The translations under genes and the position numbers were made by a program. A stretch of DNA of 64,000 nucleotides from a virus. This document shows positions 47,680-56,990 of the stretch, one piece after another (the stretch's first letter is position 1; every line of letters begins with the position of its first letter). The notes beneath the pieces are model-generated. The model was not told where the DNA came from. It saw nothing but the letters and a program-made list of their open reading frames with translations, and did no database searches. The stretch covers positions 8,894 to 72,893 of the IMG/VR virus record IMGVR_UViG_3300037247_001118; one strand, written 5' to 3'.

Positions 47680-48065
47680 CACGACTATTGACAGTTACGA
47701 CCGACATAGAACTGGAGACTGAGGAGTGCTCCGAGTGTGGAATCGTCTTCGCCATGCCGGCGAGGTTTCGCCAAGAGCGCGAGCGGAAGAAGGACGACTT
47801 CTACTGCCCCGCAGGTCACTCCCAGGCCTATCAAGGAGTGGCCCAAGCGGAGAAGCTGCGTCGGGCTGAGGCACATGCCCGGGACCTGAGCATTGACAAC
47901 ACGCGACTCGCCGACGACAACATGGACCTGGCTAGGAAGAGCACGGCGCTACGCCGGAGGAACACCGACCTCCGCAAGCGCGCCAAGAACGGGACGTGTG
48001 CGTTCTGCCGCCGGACGTTTCGCAATGTGCAGGCGCACGTCGAGCGTCAGCATCCGGACGCCTAG
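47676..48065 (+). CDS. Zn-finger/coiled-coil protein
   Basis: CSECG, FYCPAGH, CAFC..H...H. Confidence 0.7.
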   Translation: MTRLLTVTTDIELETEECSECGIVFAMPARFRQERERKKDDFYCPAGHSQAYQGVAQAEKLRRAEAHARDLSIDNTRLADDNMDLARKSTALRRRNTDLRKRAKNGTCAFCRRTFRNVQAHVERQHPDA

Positions 48066-48077
48066 GAGGGCGCTGAG

Positions 48078-48518
48078 GTGATGGAGACGATAGCAACGTG
48101 TATGATGTGCGAGCAGGTGTTGACAGGCGGGCGGTGTACGAACGGAATGTGCCCAGGCTATGCGCCGCTGGAAGAGGCCGAGCACGAGGAGTGCCATACG
48201 CACCTCGCCGAGCTAAGGGCTGAGGTGGAGATGGCGAACCTGCGAGTGGACGCCTGGTACGGCAACTCTGACGACTGGCAGGAGGAGAACGAGCGGCTGC
48301 CGTGCGGGTGTAGAGTTGATGGCGTCCCTTGGGCACACACAGCACTACACGCATCCGCAAGCGAGCCGCCAGGGGTGGGAGCAGTGCTCGTTGGCAGAGT
48401 GTGTGTCAGCCCGAAAGGTCCTCGCGCCGAGGGCCGATGCCTAGCCGCGCTAGGTATAGCAGCGATAGGTATAATCACCGACCGCGACTTCGTATCGAGT
48501 GATGTGGAGATTAACTAG
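48078..48518 (+). CDS. Cys-rich hypothetical protein
   Basis: CMMC..C...C; RBS present. Confidence 0.5.
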   Translation: MMETIATCMMCEQVLTGGRCTNGMCPGYAPLEEAEHEECHTHLAELRAEVEMANLRVDAWYGNSDDWQEENERLPCGCRVDGVPWAHTALHASASEPPGVGAVLVGRVCVSPKGPRAEGRCLAALGIAAIGIITDRDFVSSDVEIN

Positions 48519-49102
48519 TGGCTACGAAGAGGAAGCCGTCGAAGAAGCAGAACGCAGCCGCTCGGCTCCGAGCACGGTCGCAGAGGGCGGCCAAGGTGTG
48601 GGATCTCTTCATGCGCGGGGTGCCGATGTCAACCATCGCTACCACTGTGGGCTGCGCACCGCAGACGGTCAAGAATGACATCACGGACACAGAGCAGGCG
48701 CTCAAGGAGCTTGATGCTCTGCGGGCTACGGACACCCGGGAGCGGGCGGTCGATAAGCGGCGCCACCTTCAGGGGCTTGCGTTGAAGAGTAGCGAGGAGG
48801 CGGATCCGAAGGATCGCGCTCCGCTGTATGGCGAGGTCCGCAAGAACCAGGACGGCATCGAGAAGCTGCAAGGCCTGGATCCGGACGAGCCGGGACCACC
48901 ACAGGCCAACGTGTACCTCTTCCCGCTGGGCGACGGCTCCTCTCCGAAGATGGATGAGCTGACTCGGGAAGAGCGTGCGGCGGCCAAACTCCAGATCGAC
49001 GCCGAGCTGGAGGCACTGCCCGAGCCGTCCGCGGAGGAGCCAGCGGCCGAGTACACGCCGGTGGAGGAGCCGACAGAGCCCCCTCCCGAAACTCCCTCCT
49101 AG
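48518..49102 (+). CDS. terS: Putative terminase small subunit (N-terminal HTH)
   Basis: WDLFMRGVPMSTIATTVGC..TVKND helix-turn-helix, helical body, KLQGLD; TATAAT at 48470. Confidence 0.6.
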   Translation: MATKRKPSKKQNAAARLRARSQRAAKVWDLFMRGVPMSTIATTVGCAPQTVKNDITDTEQALKELDALRATDTRERAVDKRRHLQGLALKSSEEADPKDRAPLYGEVRKNQDGIEKLQGLDPDEPGPPQANVYLFPLGDGSSPKMDELTREERAAAKLQIDAELEALPEPSAEEPAAEYTPVEEPTEPPPETPS

Positions 49103-49149
49103 CCCTTCAGGGTATCGGTGGTAGTGCCGATAATACTATGGAGGACCAA

Positions 49150-49293
49150 ATGATTAACGCAACGCAGACCACGCCCCCGACCGAGAAGACCCCCGGCGTC
49201 CCGTGCCAGCACTGCGGCGAGCAGGTCAAGCTGAACGAGATCGTTCGCTCGGCGACCCATGACCTCGGCTGCAAGCACTGCTTTCGGAGCTAG
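49150..49293 (+). CDS. Small Zn-ribbon protein
   Basis: CQHC...CKHC; GGAGG RBS. Confidence 0.5.
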   Translation: MINATQTTPPTEKTPGVPCQHCGEQVKLNEIVRSATHDLGCKHCFRS

Positions 49294-49307
49294 CAGCGGA
49301 TCGCTAG

Positions 49308-49336
49308 TTGACAGCCATGATTAAACATGCTACACT
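49308..49336 (+). promoter_or_regulatory. Sigma70-type promoter with ATGATTAAAC motif
   Basis: TTGACA-17-TACACT with extended TG. Confidence 0.8.
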
Positions 49337-49359
49337 AGGAAGTGAAGGAGGAGACGAAG

Positions 49360-49647
49360 ATGAGAACGCTACGCAGAACGATTGATATCCTTCCAGACAG
49401 GGAGATTTTCTGGCACGACAATTACCCCGAGCCGCCAGCACCAGTGAGCCGCTGCACTTCCAGCAGACCGCAGGCGGTCTGCACCTGTGAGAAGTACAAC
49501 CTGAAGTGGGAAGACCGGTGGCCTGACGAGCGCGCCGACGCCGAACGCGAACAGGCCCGCGCCGAGCATCTCGGCGAGCTGGCGGCGGAGCGCGAGATGG
49601 TGCAGGCGCAGACGCCTGTGGTGAACGTGCAGGAGGCGGCTGAGTGA
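49360..49647 (+). CDS. Hypothetical protein
   Basis: AGGAGGAGA RBS after a promoter. Confidence 0.6.
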   Translation: MRTLRRTIDILPDREIFWHDNYPEPPAPVSRCTSSRPQAVCTCEKYNLKWEDRWPDERADAEREQARAEHLGELAAEREMVQAQTPVVNVQEAAE

Positions 49648-50292
49648 TGGAGAGTCCGGCAACCAGTATCGCGGCTGCGAAGAGGCACCATAAGCGCCAC
49701 GGGGACATGGACGGGCACACGTGCCTGCTGTCGGCTTGCGCTCTGCACTATCCGAAGGTAGTGAAGCAGTGACCACCATCGCAGCCGTCCGCGCAGCAGT
49801 AGCCCGAGCACTAGCGCCGGCACCTATACCGCGGTGCCACTGCGGCCTGGCGGTGGGCGGACCGAACCCGGTGCGGGGCCGGGTAGGCGACATCATCATA
49901 GGCTGCGCCACATGCAGCCCGGAGAGGAGACGAGAATGAGCGACGAGAAGACATGCGAGCGAGTGACCAAGAGCGAGACGCGTCAGGACGTGGAGCCGGA
50001 GCTATGTGGGAAGGCGCACGCGCACTTCTGGGTACACTTCGGGCTCGTGCTCTGCCACGATTGCGGTACCGAGATGGCGCGGGCGGATGAGCTCTCACCG
50101 CTAACGCGCTATGGGAGAACACTATGAGAACCCCCATCGACATCCGCCGCAAGCGCGACGCCCGCAAGCCATGCAAGCGCGACCACAGTGAGTGCTGCGA
50201 GTACGTCCAGTGCATCGTCTGGACTAAGGAGCTGCCGCCGTTCCTGGAGCGCGGTCGCACCGACGTCCAGCAGATCAGGTAGTCGCTGGCGC

Positions 50293-50321
50293 TTGACAAA
50301 CGTGATTAACCGTGCTACACT
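50293..50321 (+). promoter_or_regulatory. Sigma70-type promoter with GTGATTAACC motif
   Basis: TTGACA-17-TACACT with extended TG. Confidence 0.8.
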
Positions 50322-50343
50322 GAGCACGAAGGAGGAGAGCAAG

Positions 50344-51465
50344 ATGACAGACTTCACATCAGCGAATCGGGCTCTACACGACGCGATTTGCCAGTACACG
50401 AATGCGCGGGAGGCGCATGACGGTGGGGAGGCGGCGAAGGCGACCTGGGCAATCAATGATGCCATCACCGCACTCGACAACGCAGCCTACGACCGGGCGT
50501 ACGAGCAGGCGCAGGAGGCGTGCCCAACGCCCCTACAGGTGCGCATGGATTTGGTCAACGCTCGCACGGAGAGTCTGCGGCTGAAGCAGCAGCTAGAGCT
50601 TGCGGAGCAGCAGCGAAGGCGGTGGGAGGATGATGCAGTCCGGCTGCTACGGGAGCGCGATGAGGAGCGCCAGCGCACCACGGTAATGACGCTGGCCAAC
50701 GACGACAAGCGCCAGGAGCTTCGGCGCCTCAAGCAGGATCTGGAGTTCGCGGAACATCGACGGGAGCAGGCAGAGAAGGAGCTTCGGCGCCTCCAGACAG
50801 CCTACGGCGGGGAGCGGAGGGCGGTGGTATGGCTACGGCGGAAGTACCACGAGGCTCGAACGGAACTCTCCGACGCGCGCGATACGACTCGGCGGCTTGC
50901 GGATGCGCATGCGGATGTCTTTGCTACGTCCCTCAGCCTCCGCGCCGCCTTGGAGACGCTGGCCGACAGGTACCACGCGCAATGCTGCTACAAGAACCGC
51001 CGCAGTCAGCACTCGCGGCACGGCTGCTCACATGTGCTCGCGGTGCAGGACGCCAACGAGGCGCTCGCTGGCGAGTCGGAGGAGCGGCGGACGGAGACAT
51101 TTGAGGACGCGACGGAACGGAGAGCACAGGACGAGGCGCTTGCTGGGGAAGTGGAGACGCCGCGCGACCGGGCTGCTCGGTACCGCGCGCAGGCATCTTA
51201 TCGCTGTTTCCCTGCACCGAAGGCGCAGCCCGAGATCGAGGCGGTGCTGATGGGCAATGCGATCACTTGCTACCTGGGCTGTGGCTGCGGCCGCGTCGTG
51301 GGCGCTGGCCAGTGCGCGTATCGGTACCCGAGGACGCAGAGCCAGTGGATGCAGCCGCTGTACGCGTCGGAGGCGTGCGCGCGGAAGGCGGCGCGTCCTA
51401 AGGCGCGGACCTACCCTCCCTACGCGGCCTATACGGACGCGATGCGACGGGAGAACTCGGAATGA
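50344..51465 (+). CDS. Coiled-coil protein with Cys/His motifs
   Basis: Long heptad region; AGGAGGAGA RBS. Confidence 0.7.
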   Translation: MTDFTSANRALHDAICQYTNAREAHDGGEAAKATWAINDAITALDNAAYDRAYEQAQEACPTPLQVRMDLVNARTESLRLKQQLELAEQQRRRWEDDAVRLLRERDEERQRTTVMTLANDDKRQELRRLKQDLEFAEHRREQAEKELRRLQTAYGGERRAVVWLRRKYHEARTELSDARDTTRRLADAHADVFATSLSLRAALETLADRYHAQCCYKNRRSQHSRHGCSHVLAVQDANEALAGESEERRTETFEDATERRAQDEALAGEVETPRDRAARYRAQASYRCFPAPKAQPEIEAVLMGNAITCYLGCGCGRVVGAGQCAYRYPRTQSQWMQPLYASEACARKAARPKARTYPPYAAYTDAMRRENSE

Positions 51466-51671
51466 CCGCACTACGCCTACTCGTTGACCTGCTACTCATC
51501 GCCCCGCGGCTGGCGCTAGCCTGGCTCAAGACGAAACTGCCGAGCCGGCGCGTGATAATGCGCTCCCGACACTGTCTCTGGTGCGGGTGGAGCTTCTGGT
51601 GGGAACCGGGGGCGCCGGTCGTATGTGCTGGCTGCCGAGACGAGCAGGAACGGGTAAAGGAGGACGCATGA
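51462..51671 (+). CDS. Small Zn-ribbon protein
   Basis: CLWC...CAGC; ATGA overlap. Confidence 0.5.
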   Translation: MTALRLLVDLLLIAPRLALAWLKTKLPSRRVIMRSRHCLWCGWSFWWEPGAPVVCAGCRDEQERVKEDA

Positions 51672-51966
51672 ACCCACTACGCCGACTCGCACTCTGGGTG
51701 TTCTGGAATGTCCCCCTGCCCGACTCGCTGGCACCGCACGTGCTGGGCTTCGCGTTGGGGAGTAGGGCGCGGAGGGTGCGAGAGGAGGACTAGATTGCGA
51801 TTTTCAAATTACGGCTACGACCGACCTAAGCATTGTCGGAGTTTCTGGCGCTGGCTTTTCTGGTGTTGGCAATGGAGCTCCCTGCCTCCGGGGCGGACTG
51901 GGTGGGGACTTAGGATTTTCGGGTACTGGCTCAGCGTTAGCTGGAGGTCATAGTCCTAGCCATCTG

Positions 51967-51975
51967 TGCTATAAT
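51967..51975 (+). promoter_or_regulatory. Extended -10 promoter
   Basis: TGCTATAAT before AAGGAGG and ATG 52002. Confidence 0.55.
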
Positions 51976-52001
51976 GCCCCCATAGGACAAGGAGGCACCA
52001 C

Positions 52002-52136
52002 ATGCCGCAGAAGACGCAGACCCCCACCAGGACGCCGACGCGTACCGAGCCGGCGATTGACCCCGACCCGTACTACAACCCGGAGCGGCTCTGCCCATCG
52101 CAGCGCGAGGACGCGGAACGGCGCAGCAGGCCGTAG
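52002..52136 (+). CDS. 44-aa Pro/Thr-rich peptide
   Basis: MPQKTQTPTRTPTRTEPAIDPDPYYNPERLCPSQREDAERRSRP; AAGGAGG RBS. Confidence 0.55.
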   Translation: MPQKTQTPTRTPTRTEPAIDPDPYYNPERLCPSQREDAERRSRP

Positions 52137-52320
52137 TATGCTGGCCATCGGTCGCAAATATGGAGTGCGAGTAGACCGCTTTGTTGGCTGGTGGGCGGCA
52201 CTCGGCATCCACATCCACTTCTGGCCACCACACAAGGCACACCTAGACCTGCACCTGCTGCATTTGCTGATCACGTTCGGCCGACACTATGCTGGGCCGA
52301 GAGAACATTAGGACTCCACA

Positions 52321-53070
52321 ATGTCACGCGAAGAAGTCACACCGCCGCGGACGCTCGCTGACGAGCACACGCTGATCGCTCAGCGGTACGCCGGCGCGCT
52401 CGTAGGCCACCCGTACCGCAATGACCAGCAGAGCACCGTCATCACCGTGGACCGGGCTCACCCCTGGCGGGAGCCGGCCGTCGTCAGCGACAACTGCCTC
52501 TTCTGCGTGCGGCTGACCGACGAGGAGGCCATCCGCCGCGTCGAGGGCTTCCAGCACCAGATCGATATCGAGGCGACGCGGGTGAAGTACCAGTACCTGA
52601 CGCGGTGGCTGGAGAAGGGCTCGCCGGACGTGCCGAACCCCGGGCACGACCATCGCAACCGCGCCAACCTGCGGCGCTTCTGCGAGCTGTTCCAGGACAT
52701 GCCGACCGAGAGGCGCCCCAACGGCTGGCGCACCAAGCCGTTCCCGATGGTGGCGCTACCGCTCCGGCTCAAGCGGAAGATGTGCGTTGAGTGGAACCAC
52801 CTGTACCTACGCTGGATGGAGGAGAACGGGCTCCAGTACGATTGGGAGCAGCACGTGTTCTGGCACGAGGTCGAGTCCCTGTCTGAGGTAACGTTTCCTA
52901 TATGCACAGCCTGTGCGGCGGAGTTGGGTCCCGATGCCGAGCACGCCGACGGCTGTACGGGCGTGGCCGGGGAGCCGATTCGCCGCCCGCCGGGGGCACA
53001 TCCGCCCGCTGACCTCTCAACGTGGATGGGCTACGGCGGCTACGCGCCGGCGGAGGACTGCCACTCATGA
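52321..53070 (+). CDS. Hypothetical protein
   Basis: 249 aa with strongly GC3-biased codons. Confidence 0.7.
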   Translation: MSREEVTPPRTLADEHTLIAQRYAGALVGHPYRNDQQSTVITVDRAHPWREPAVVSDNCLFCVRLTDEEAIRRVEGFQHQIDIEATRVKYQYLTRWLEKGSPDVPNPGHDHRNRANLRRFCELFQDMPTERRPNGWRTKPFPMVALPLRLKRKMCVEWNHLYLRWMEENGLQYDWEQHVFWHEVESLSEVTFPICTACAAELGPDAEHADGCTGVAGEPIRRPPGAHPPADLSTWMGYGGYAPAEDCHS

Positions 53071-53474
53071 GCGGCGACGGCCGGCAATTCCTCCACCTGC
53101 GGCTGACGCTGCAACACTGCGCGGGGCTGCGCGAGGCGATCAGTCCCCTGGAGCCATGTGCGCTAGAGCAGTCGCAGATCGTCAACTTCTGCGCTCGGCT
53201 CTACATTGCCTACTACGCGCTGGAGGCGGATCCTGACCTTGAGGTGGTTCCCTTCCCAGCGGATCACGCCGACATCATGCTCATCAACAACTTCCTCTCA
53301 GCGGAGGAGGGCGACTGGGCCAAGGACCTGCTGCACCAAACGCGCCAGGTGCTCTTCGAGCTGCACACTGGCAAGGAGGCGGTCAAGCTCGCGTCGTCTG
53401 AGGACACGCACGCGCTCTTCCAAGATGTGGCGCTTGAGGGTGACAATCCGCCGGCGGTAGACGAGAAGCTGTGA
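53067..53474 (+). CDS. Hypothetical protein upstream of terL
   Basis: ATGA overlap; GGAGG RBS. Confidence 0.65.
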   Translation: MSGDGRQFLHLRLTLQHCAGLREAISPLEPCALEQSQIVNFCARLYIAYYALEADPDLEVVPFPADHADIMLINNFLSAEEGDWAKDLLHQTRQVLFELHTGKEAVKLASSEDTHALFQDVALEGDNPPAVDEKL

Positions 53475-54991
53475 CCACTACCCCTGATCGGGCGGAGCAA
53501 CTGCGCCAGGCTCGGCGGGAACTTGATCTCCTAGACGCTAAGGAGGATGCTGCGGCGTCCTTCCGCGCGTTCCTGCCTTACTGGCACTTCAAGAACCGTG
53601 AGACTGGCGTTGTCAAGACCTTCCTGCCGTGCCTCCACGCCGACCCCAACCACCAGAAGCACGAGGCCGAACTCTGGGAAGGACAGGACGCCTTCGTTGA
53701 GGCGATGGCGCAGCACCCGCGGCTCTACGCGCTCAAGGCAGGTAAGCTCGGCTTTACTGAGCTTGAATGCGCCTTCGACGCGTGGGTAGCGCTGTTCCGA
53801 CAGGCCAACGCCCGGGTCCACGTCTTCTCTATGGGTGACCGCGCATCACAGGATGTTCTTACCTATATCCGCTTCGGCCTGACACACCTGCCGGCGTTCC
53901 TGCGCCCTACGCTGTTGGCACGGCCCACACAGGTGACGCAGGATGTCAAGACACGTGGGGACACGATGCACCAGCTCTCGTTTGAGGGGACGGCTGCGCC
54001 TGACGACGTCCGCATCATCGCGTCCTACCCGGCCGGCGCCAACGTCTCGGTCGACCAGACCTGTCAGCACGCCCACGTCGACGAGATGGCGCGGATGCCG
54101 TTCCCCAAGCAGACGTGGCAGGCGGTTCACTCAACTATCGCACCCGGCGGCTCCTGCCACATCGTTACCCGAGGCGCCGGTGAGGATAACTACGCCGCGG
54201 AGCTCTGGCAGCAGATCGAGGACGGCTCCGGCGAGATGTTCCCCTTCTTCCAGCCGTACACAGCACGCCCCGGGCGGGATGCCGCATGGCGTGCAGAAGT
54301 GTCGAAGCCGATGACGACGCAGGGCATCGCCCACTTCGCACCCGAGACGGTGGCCGACGCGCTGGCCGGCGACGAGCAATCGTCGTTCATTCCCGAGCAG
54401 CTCTATGACGCCTGCCTGGAGGAGCTGCCGTCCTTCGCGCCTGAGAAGGTGGGGCTGGCGGGGACCAAGGAGCCCGTCGTGCTCGCCGCTGACGCTGGCG
54501 TATCCAACGACTGCTTCGGCATCGTAGCGGTGACGCGGCATCCGCATCCCTCGCGGCACGCCGACGTCGCCATCCGAGCCATACGGCTATGGGAGCCGCC
54601 CAAGGGCGGGCACATCGACTTCGCGGAGCCGGAGAAGTTCATCCGGGAGGCCTGTCGTCTCTACAATGTCGTGCAGCTTGCCTACGACCCTTACCAGCTC
54701 GAGTCCATGATGCAGAACCTCACGCGCGACGCGGTGGTCTGGTGCGAGCCATTCAATCAGGGGAAGGACCGCCTGATCGCCGACTCGGAGCTCCGAGACC
54801 TCATCGTCAACCGCCGGCTGGCGCACGACGGCAACCGGTCGCTGCGCGAGCACTTCCTCAACGCGGCCGCTAAGCTCCAGGCGAAGGAGGACTCGCAGAT
54901 CCGCATCGTCAAGAAGGCGCCGCACCGGAAGGTGGACCTGGCGGTGGCGACGAGCATGGCTTGCAATCGCTGCCTGTATCTGCTACTATGA
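53471..54991 (+). CDS. terL: Terminase large subunit
   Basis: LKAGKLGFT, HVDEMA, nuclease motifs AADAG, AYDPYQ, KVDLAVA. Confidence 0.9.
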   Translation: MTTTPDRAEQLRQARRELDLLDAKEDAAASFRAFLPYWHFKNRETGVVKTFLPCLHADPNHQKHEAELWEGQDAFVEAMAQHPRLYALKAGKLGFTELECAFDAWVALFRQANARVHVFSMGDRASQDVLTYIRFGLTHLPAFLRPTLLARPTQVTQDVKTRGDTMHQLSFEGTAAPDDVRIIASYPAGANVSVDQTCQHAHVDEMARMPFPKQTWQAVHSTIAPGGSCHIVTRGAGEDNYAAELWQQIEDGSGEMFPFFQPYTARPGRDAAWRAEVSKPMTTQGIAHFAPETVADALAGDEQSSFIPEQLYDACLEELPSFAPEKVGLAGTKEPVVLAADAGVSNDCFGIVAVTRHPHPSRHADVAIRAIRLWEPPKGGHIDFAEPEKFIREACRLYNVVQLAYDPYQLESMMQNLTRDAVVWCEPFNQGKDRLIADSELRDLIVNRRLAHDGNRSLREHFLNAAAKLQAKEDSQIRIVKKAPHRKVDLAVATSMACNRCLYLLL

Positions 54992-54998
54992 TTAACAC
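54961..54998 (+). promoter_or_regulatory. Sigma70-type promoter with ATGATTAACAC motif at the end of terL
   Basis: TTGCAA-17-TACTAT with extended TG. Confidence 0.6.
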
Positions 54999-55016
54999 AA
55001 GTAGGAGGAGGAGAGC

Positions 55017-55373
55017 ATGAGAGTCTCGGCCCTATTACGCCAAGCCCGCGCATTTCTGACAGGCTACTTCTGGCGACCATGCCCGCTGTGTGGCGAGTAC
55101 TTCGCGGGCTACGAGTGGACGGAGCCGGACCAATTCATCCTGAAGCCCAGCGGTACAGGCACGGCCATTTGTCACGCCTGTATCCTAGAGGCACGGGCGA
55201 TAGCTGCGATAGCGGTGATGGACGAATTGACCCCTGAGCAGCAGGAGAGCATCCGCGAGGCGGTGCGCAACGATCCCGAGTTCATGGCGGGCGTGCGGGA
55301 AGGCCTGAAGGCTCGGGCGGAGGGTCGGGTGACTCCCTGGTCCGAGGTCAAGAAGGAATTGGACATCAAGTAG
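55017..55373 (+). CDS. Zn-ribbon protein with an antitoxin-like C-terminus
   Basis: CPLC...CHAC; ends DPEFMAGVREGLKARAEGRVTPWSEVKKEL. Confidence 0.55.
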   Translation: MRVSALLRQARAFLTGYFWRPCPLCGEYFAGYEWTEPDQFILKPSGTGTAICHACILEARAIAAIAVMDELTPEQQESIREAVRNDPEFMAGVREGLKARAEGRVTPWSEVKKELDIK

Positions 55374-55381
55374 GAGGAGCG

Positions 55382-55732
55382 ATGAAGATTAGCAGTTTTG
55401 GCTTCAATGATATGGCTAAGGTCCCAGACAGCCAGAACACGGTGCTGTTCGATTGCCGCGACTTGCCGATGCCACGGGTAAACGAAAGCGGAATGGAGGA
55501 GGCAACGCGGGACGACGTTCTCCAACACACCGTAGCGCAAGACTTGGTGGAGCAGGCCGTGAGCGTAGCAGTCAACGCGCCGCGTGACGTAGCCTTTGGC
55601 TGCATGTCAGGCTTTCAGCGGTCGGTTGTACTTGCTGAAGAGGTCGCCCGCCGAGTGCGCGATACGGGCGTAGAAGTTGAGGTAGAACACCGAAGCCTGG
55701 ATCCCATCTTTCTGGGTACGGAGGAGAACTAG
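55382..55732 (+). CDS. Stand-alone RapZ C-terminal-like domain protein
   Basis: ISSFGF, DCRDLP.P, VAFGCMSGFQRSVVLAE, VEHR. Confidence 0.75.
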   Translation: MKISSFGFNDMAKVPDSQNTVLFDCRDLPMPRVNESGMEEATRDDVLQHTVAQDLVEQAVSVAVNAPRDVAFGCMSGFQRSVVLAEEVARRVRDTGVEVEVEHRSLDPIFLGTEEN

Positions 55733-55733
55733 C

Positions 55734-56342
55734 ATGTCCCACTACCAAGGAGACGACTGCCCGAAGCGGCACTGCCCCGACCTAGGCCTCGTCGGCCTGA
55801 TGCGGTCGGGGAAGGACAGCGTAGCCGACTGGCTCATCGAGCACTACGGCTATCGCAAGATGGGCTTCGCCACAGCGCTCAAGGCGGAGGTGGCGCGTGG
55901 CGTCGGCTGCCGCCCCGAGCAGCTCAACGAGGAGCCGCTCAAGAGCCAGGTGCGGCAGGTGCTACAGGTCTGGGGCACCGAGTTCCGGCGTGGCCAGGAC
56001 CCGGACTACTGGGTGAGGAAGGCGGCTGATGCTATCTATTGGCAGCCTGGCACACGGAGGATAGACCCGCTCGTCTTCACCGACGTGCGCTTCCAGAACG
56101 AGATCGACATGCTCCGCGACCACGGCTTCCTGATCGTCCACGTGGACATGCCTCGGTGGCAGGTGCGGGATTACTTCGCGGAGCGGGGCAAGCTCCTATC
56201 GGAGATCGACGCGATGCTCTCGCACCCGTCGGAGCAGGAGTGGCAGCGCGCCGAGGTCAACGAGCGCCTCAAGAGCAAGCGCGGCGACCTGCCGGGGCTG
56301 TACGCGCAGATCAAGGCGCTGGTGGAGCGGCACCACATTTGA
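55734..56342 (+). CDS. Deoxynucleoside monophosphate kinase
   Basis: GLMRSGKDS, FATALK, RQVLQVWGTE.RR..PDYWV, TDVRFQNE. Confidence 0.9.
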   Translation: MSHYQGDDCPKRHCPDLGLVGLMRSGKDSVADWLIEHYGYRKMGFATALKAEVARGVGCRPEQLNEEPLKSQVRQVLQVWGTEFRRGQDPDYWVRKAADAIYWQPGTRRIDPLVFTDVRFQNEIDMLRDHGFLIVHVDMPRWQVRDYFAERGKLLSEIDAMLSHPSEQEWQRAEVNERLKSKRGDLPGLYAQIKALVERHHI

Positions 56343-56367
56343 CAACCTGTGTTAATCATGCTATGCT
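56339..56367 (+). promoter_or_regulatory. Sigma70-type promoter with an inverted ATGATTAACAC motif
   Basis: TTGACA-17-TATGCT; GTGTTAATCAT in the spacer. Confidence 0.75.
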
Positions 56368-56535
56368 GAGGTCAACGGAGGAGATGTGAAGAACCCTTTT
56401 GTACCGCAGTCTGGATATGGGTCGATCTGACCTTGGCCGCTACGCGTCGCGTCCAGCAGGTGACGGTGGACACGTGCCGGGAGTGGAAGCGGGTATCACA
56501 GTGCAGCGCCAAGCGGCGCGAGGAGGAGAGATAAC

Positions 56536-56739
56536 ATGAGCAACCTGTCGTATGCCTATAGGCGTTTTCGTTCCGAATCGCGCCCCGAGCAAATTGAGGC
56601 TAAGCTGAATGAGGCGCGCTCACGCGGTTGGGAGCTTCACACATTCGCTGATGAAACAGATGCGGTGTGCGCTTCGGCTGTCTTCCGTTGGGTGGGACTG
56701 GCCCCACAATGCTCCCCATTTGAGGACGATGAGGAGTAG
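56536..56739 (+). CDS. DUF4177-like small protein
   Basis: IEAKLNE...GWEL. Confidence 0.5.
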   Translation: MSNLSYAYRRFRSESRPEQIEAKLNEARSRGWELHTFADETDAVCASAVFRWVGLAPQCSPFEDDEE

Positions 56740-56750
56740 GAGGAGAGCGA

Positions 56751-56990
56751 GTGATGATACACGCGCGTAGGGTGACGATCCACCTATTCGATGGGGAGTC
56801 CTATCGTGTCGAGCAGGACGTGAACGCTTTCCTGCAAGCACGTGGAGCGCAGGGCGGTGCTGAGCGAGAATTAGTCAGTATCCAGTACAACTATCAGGCA
56901 CCGGAGGTCAACGAGAGCGGAGATGAGGTTGGCTCGGCGACCCACGGCGTATGCGTAGTGCTAGCAGAGAGGTTGGAGGTTAACCAATGA
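56751..56990 (+). CDS. Hypothetical protein
   Basis: VEQDVNAFL...SIQY; strong RBS. Confidence 0.55.
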   Translation: MMIHARRVTIHLFDGESYRVEQDVNAFLQARGAQGGAERELVSIQYNYQAPEVNESGDEVGSATHGVCVVLAERLEVNQ

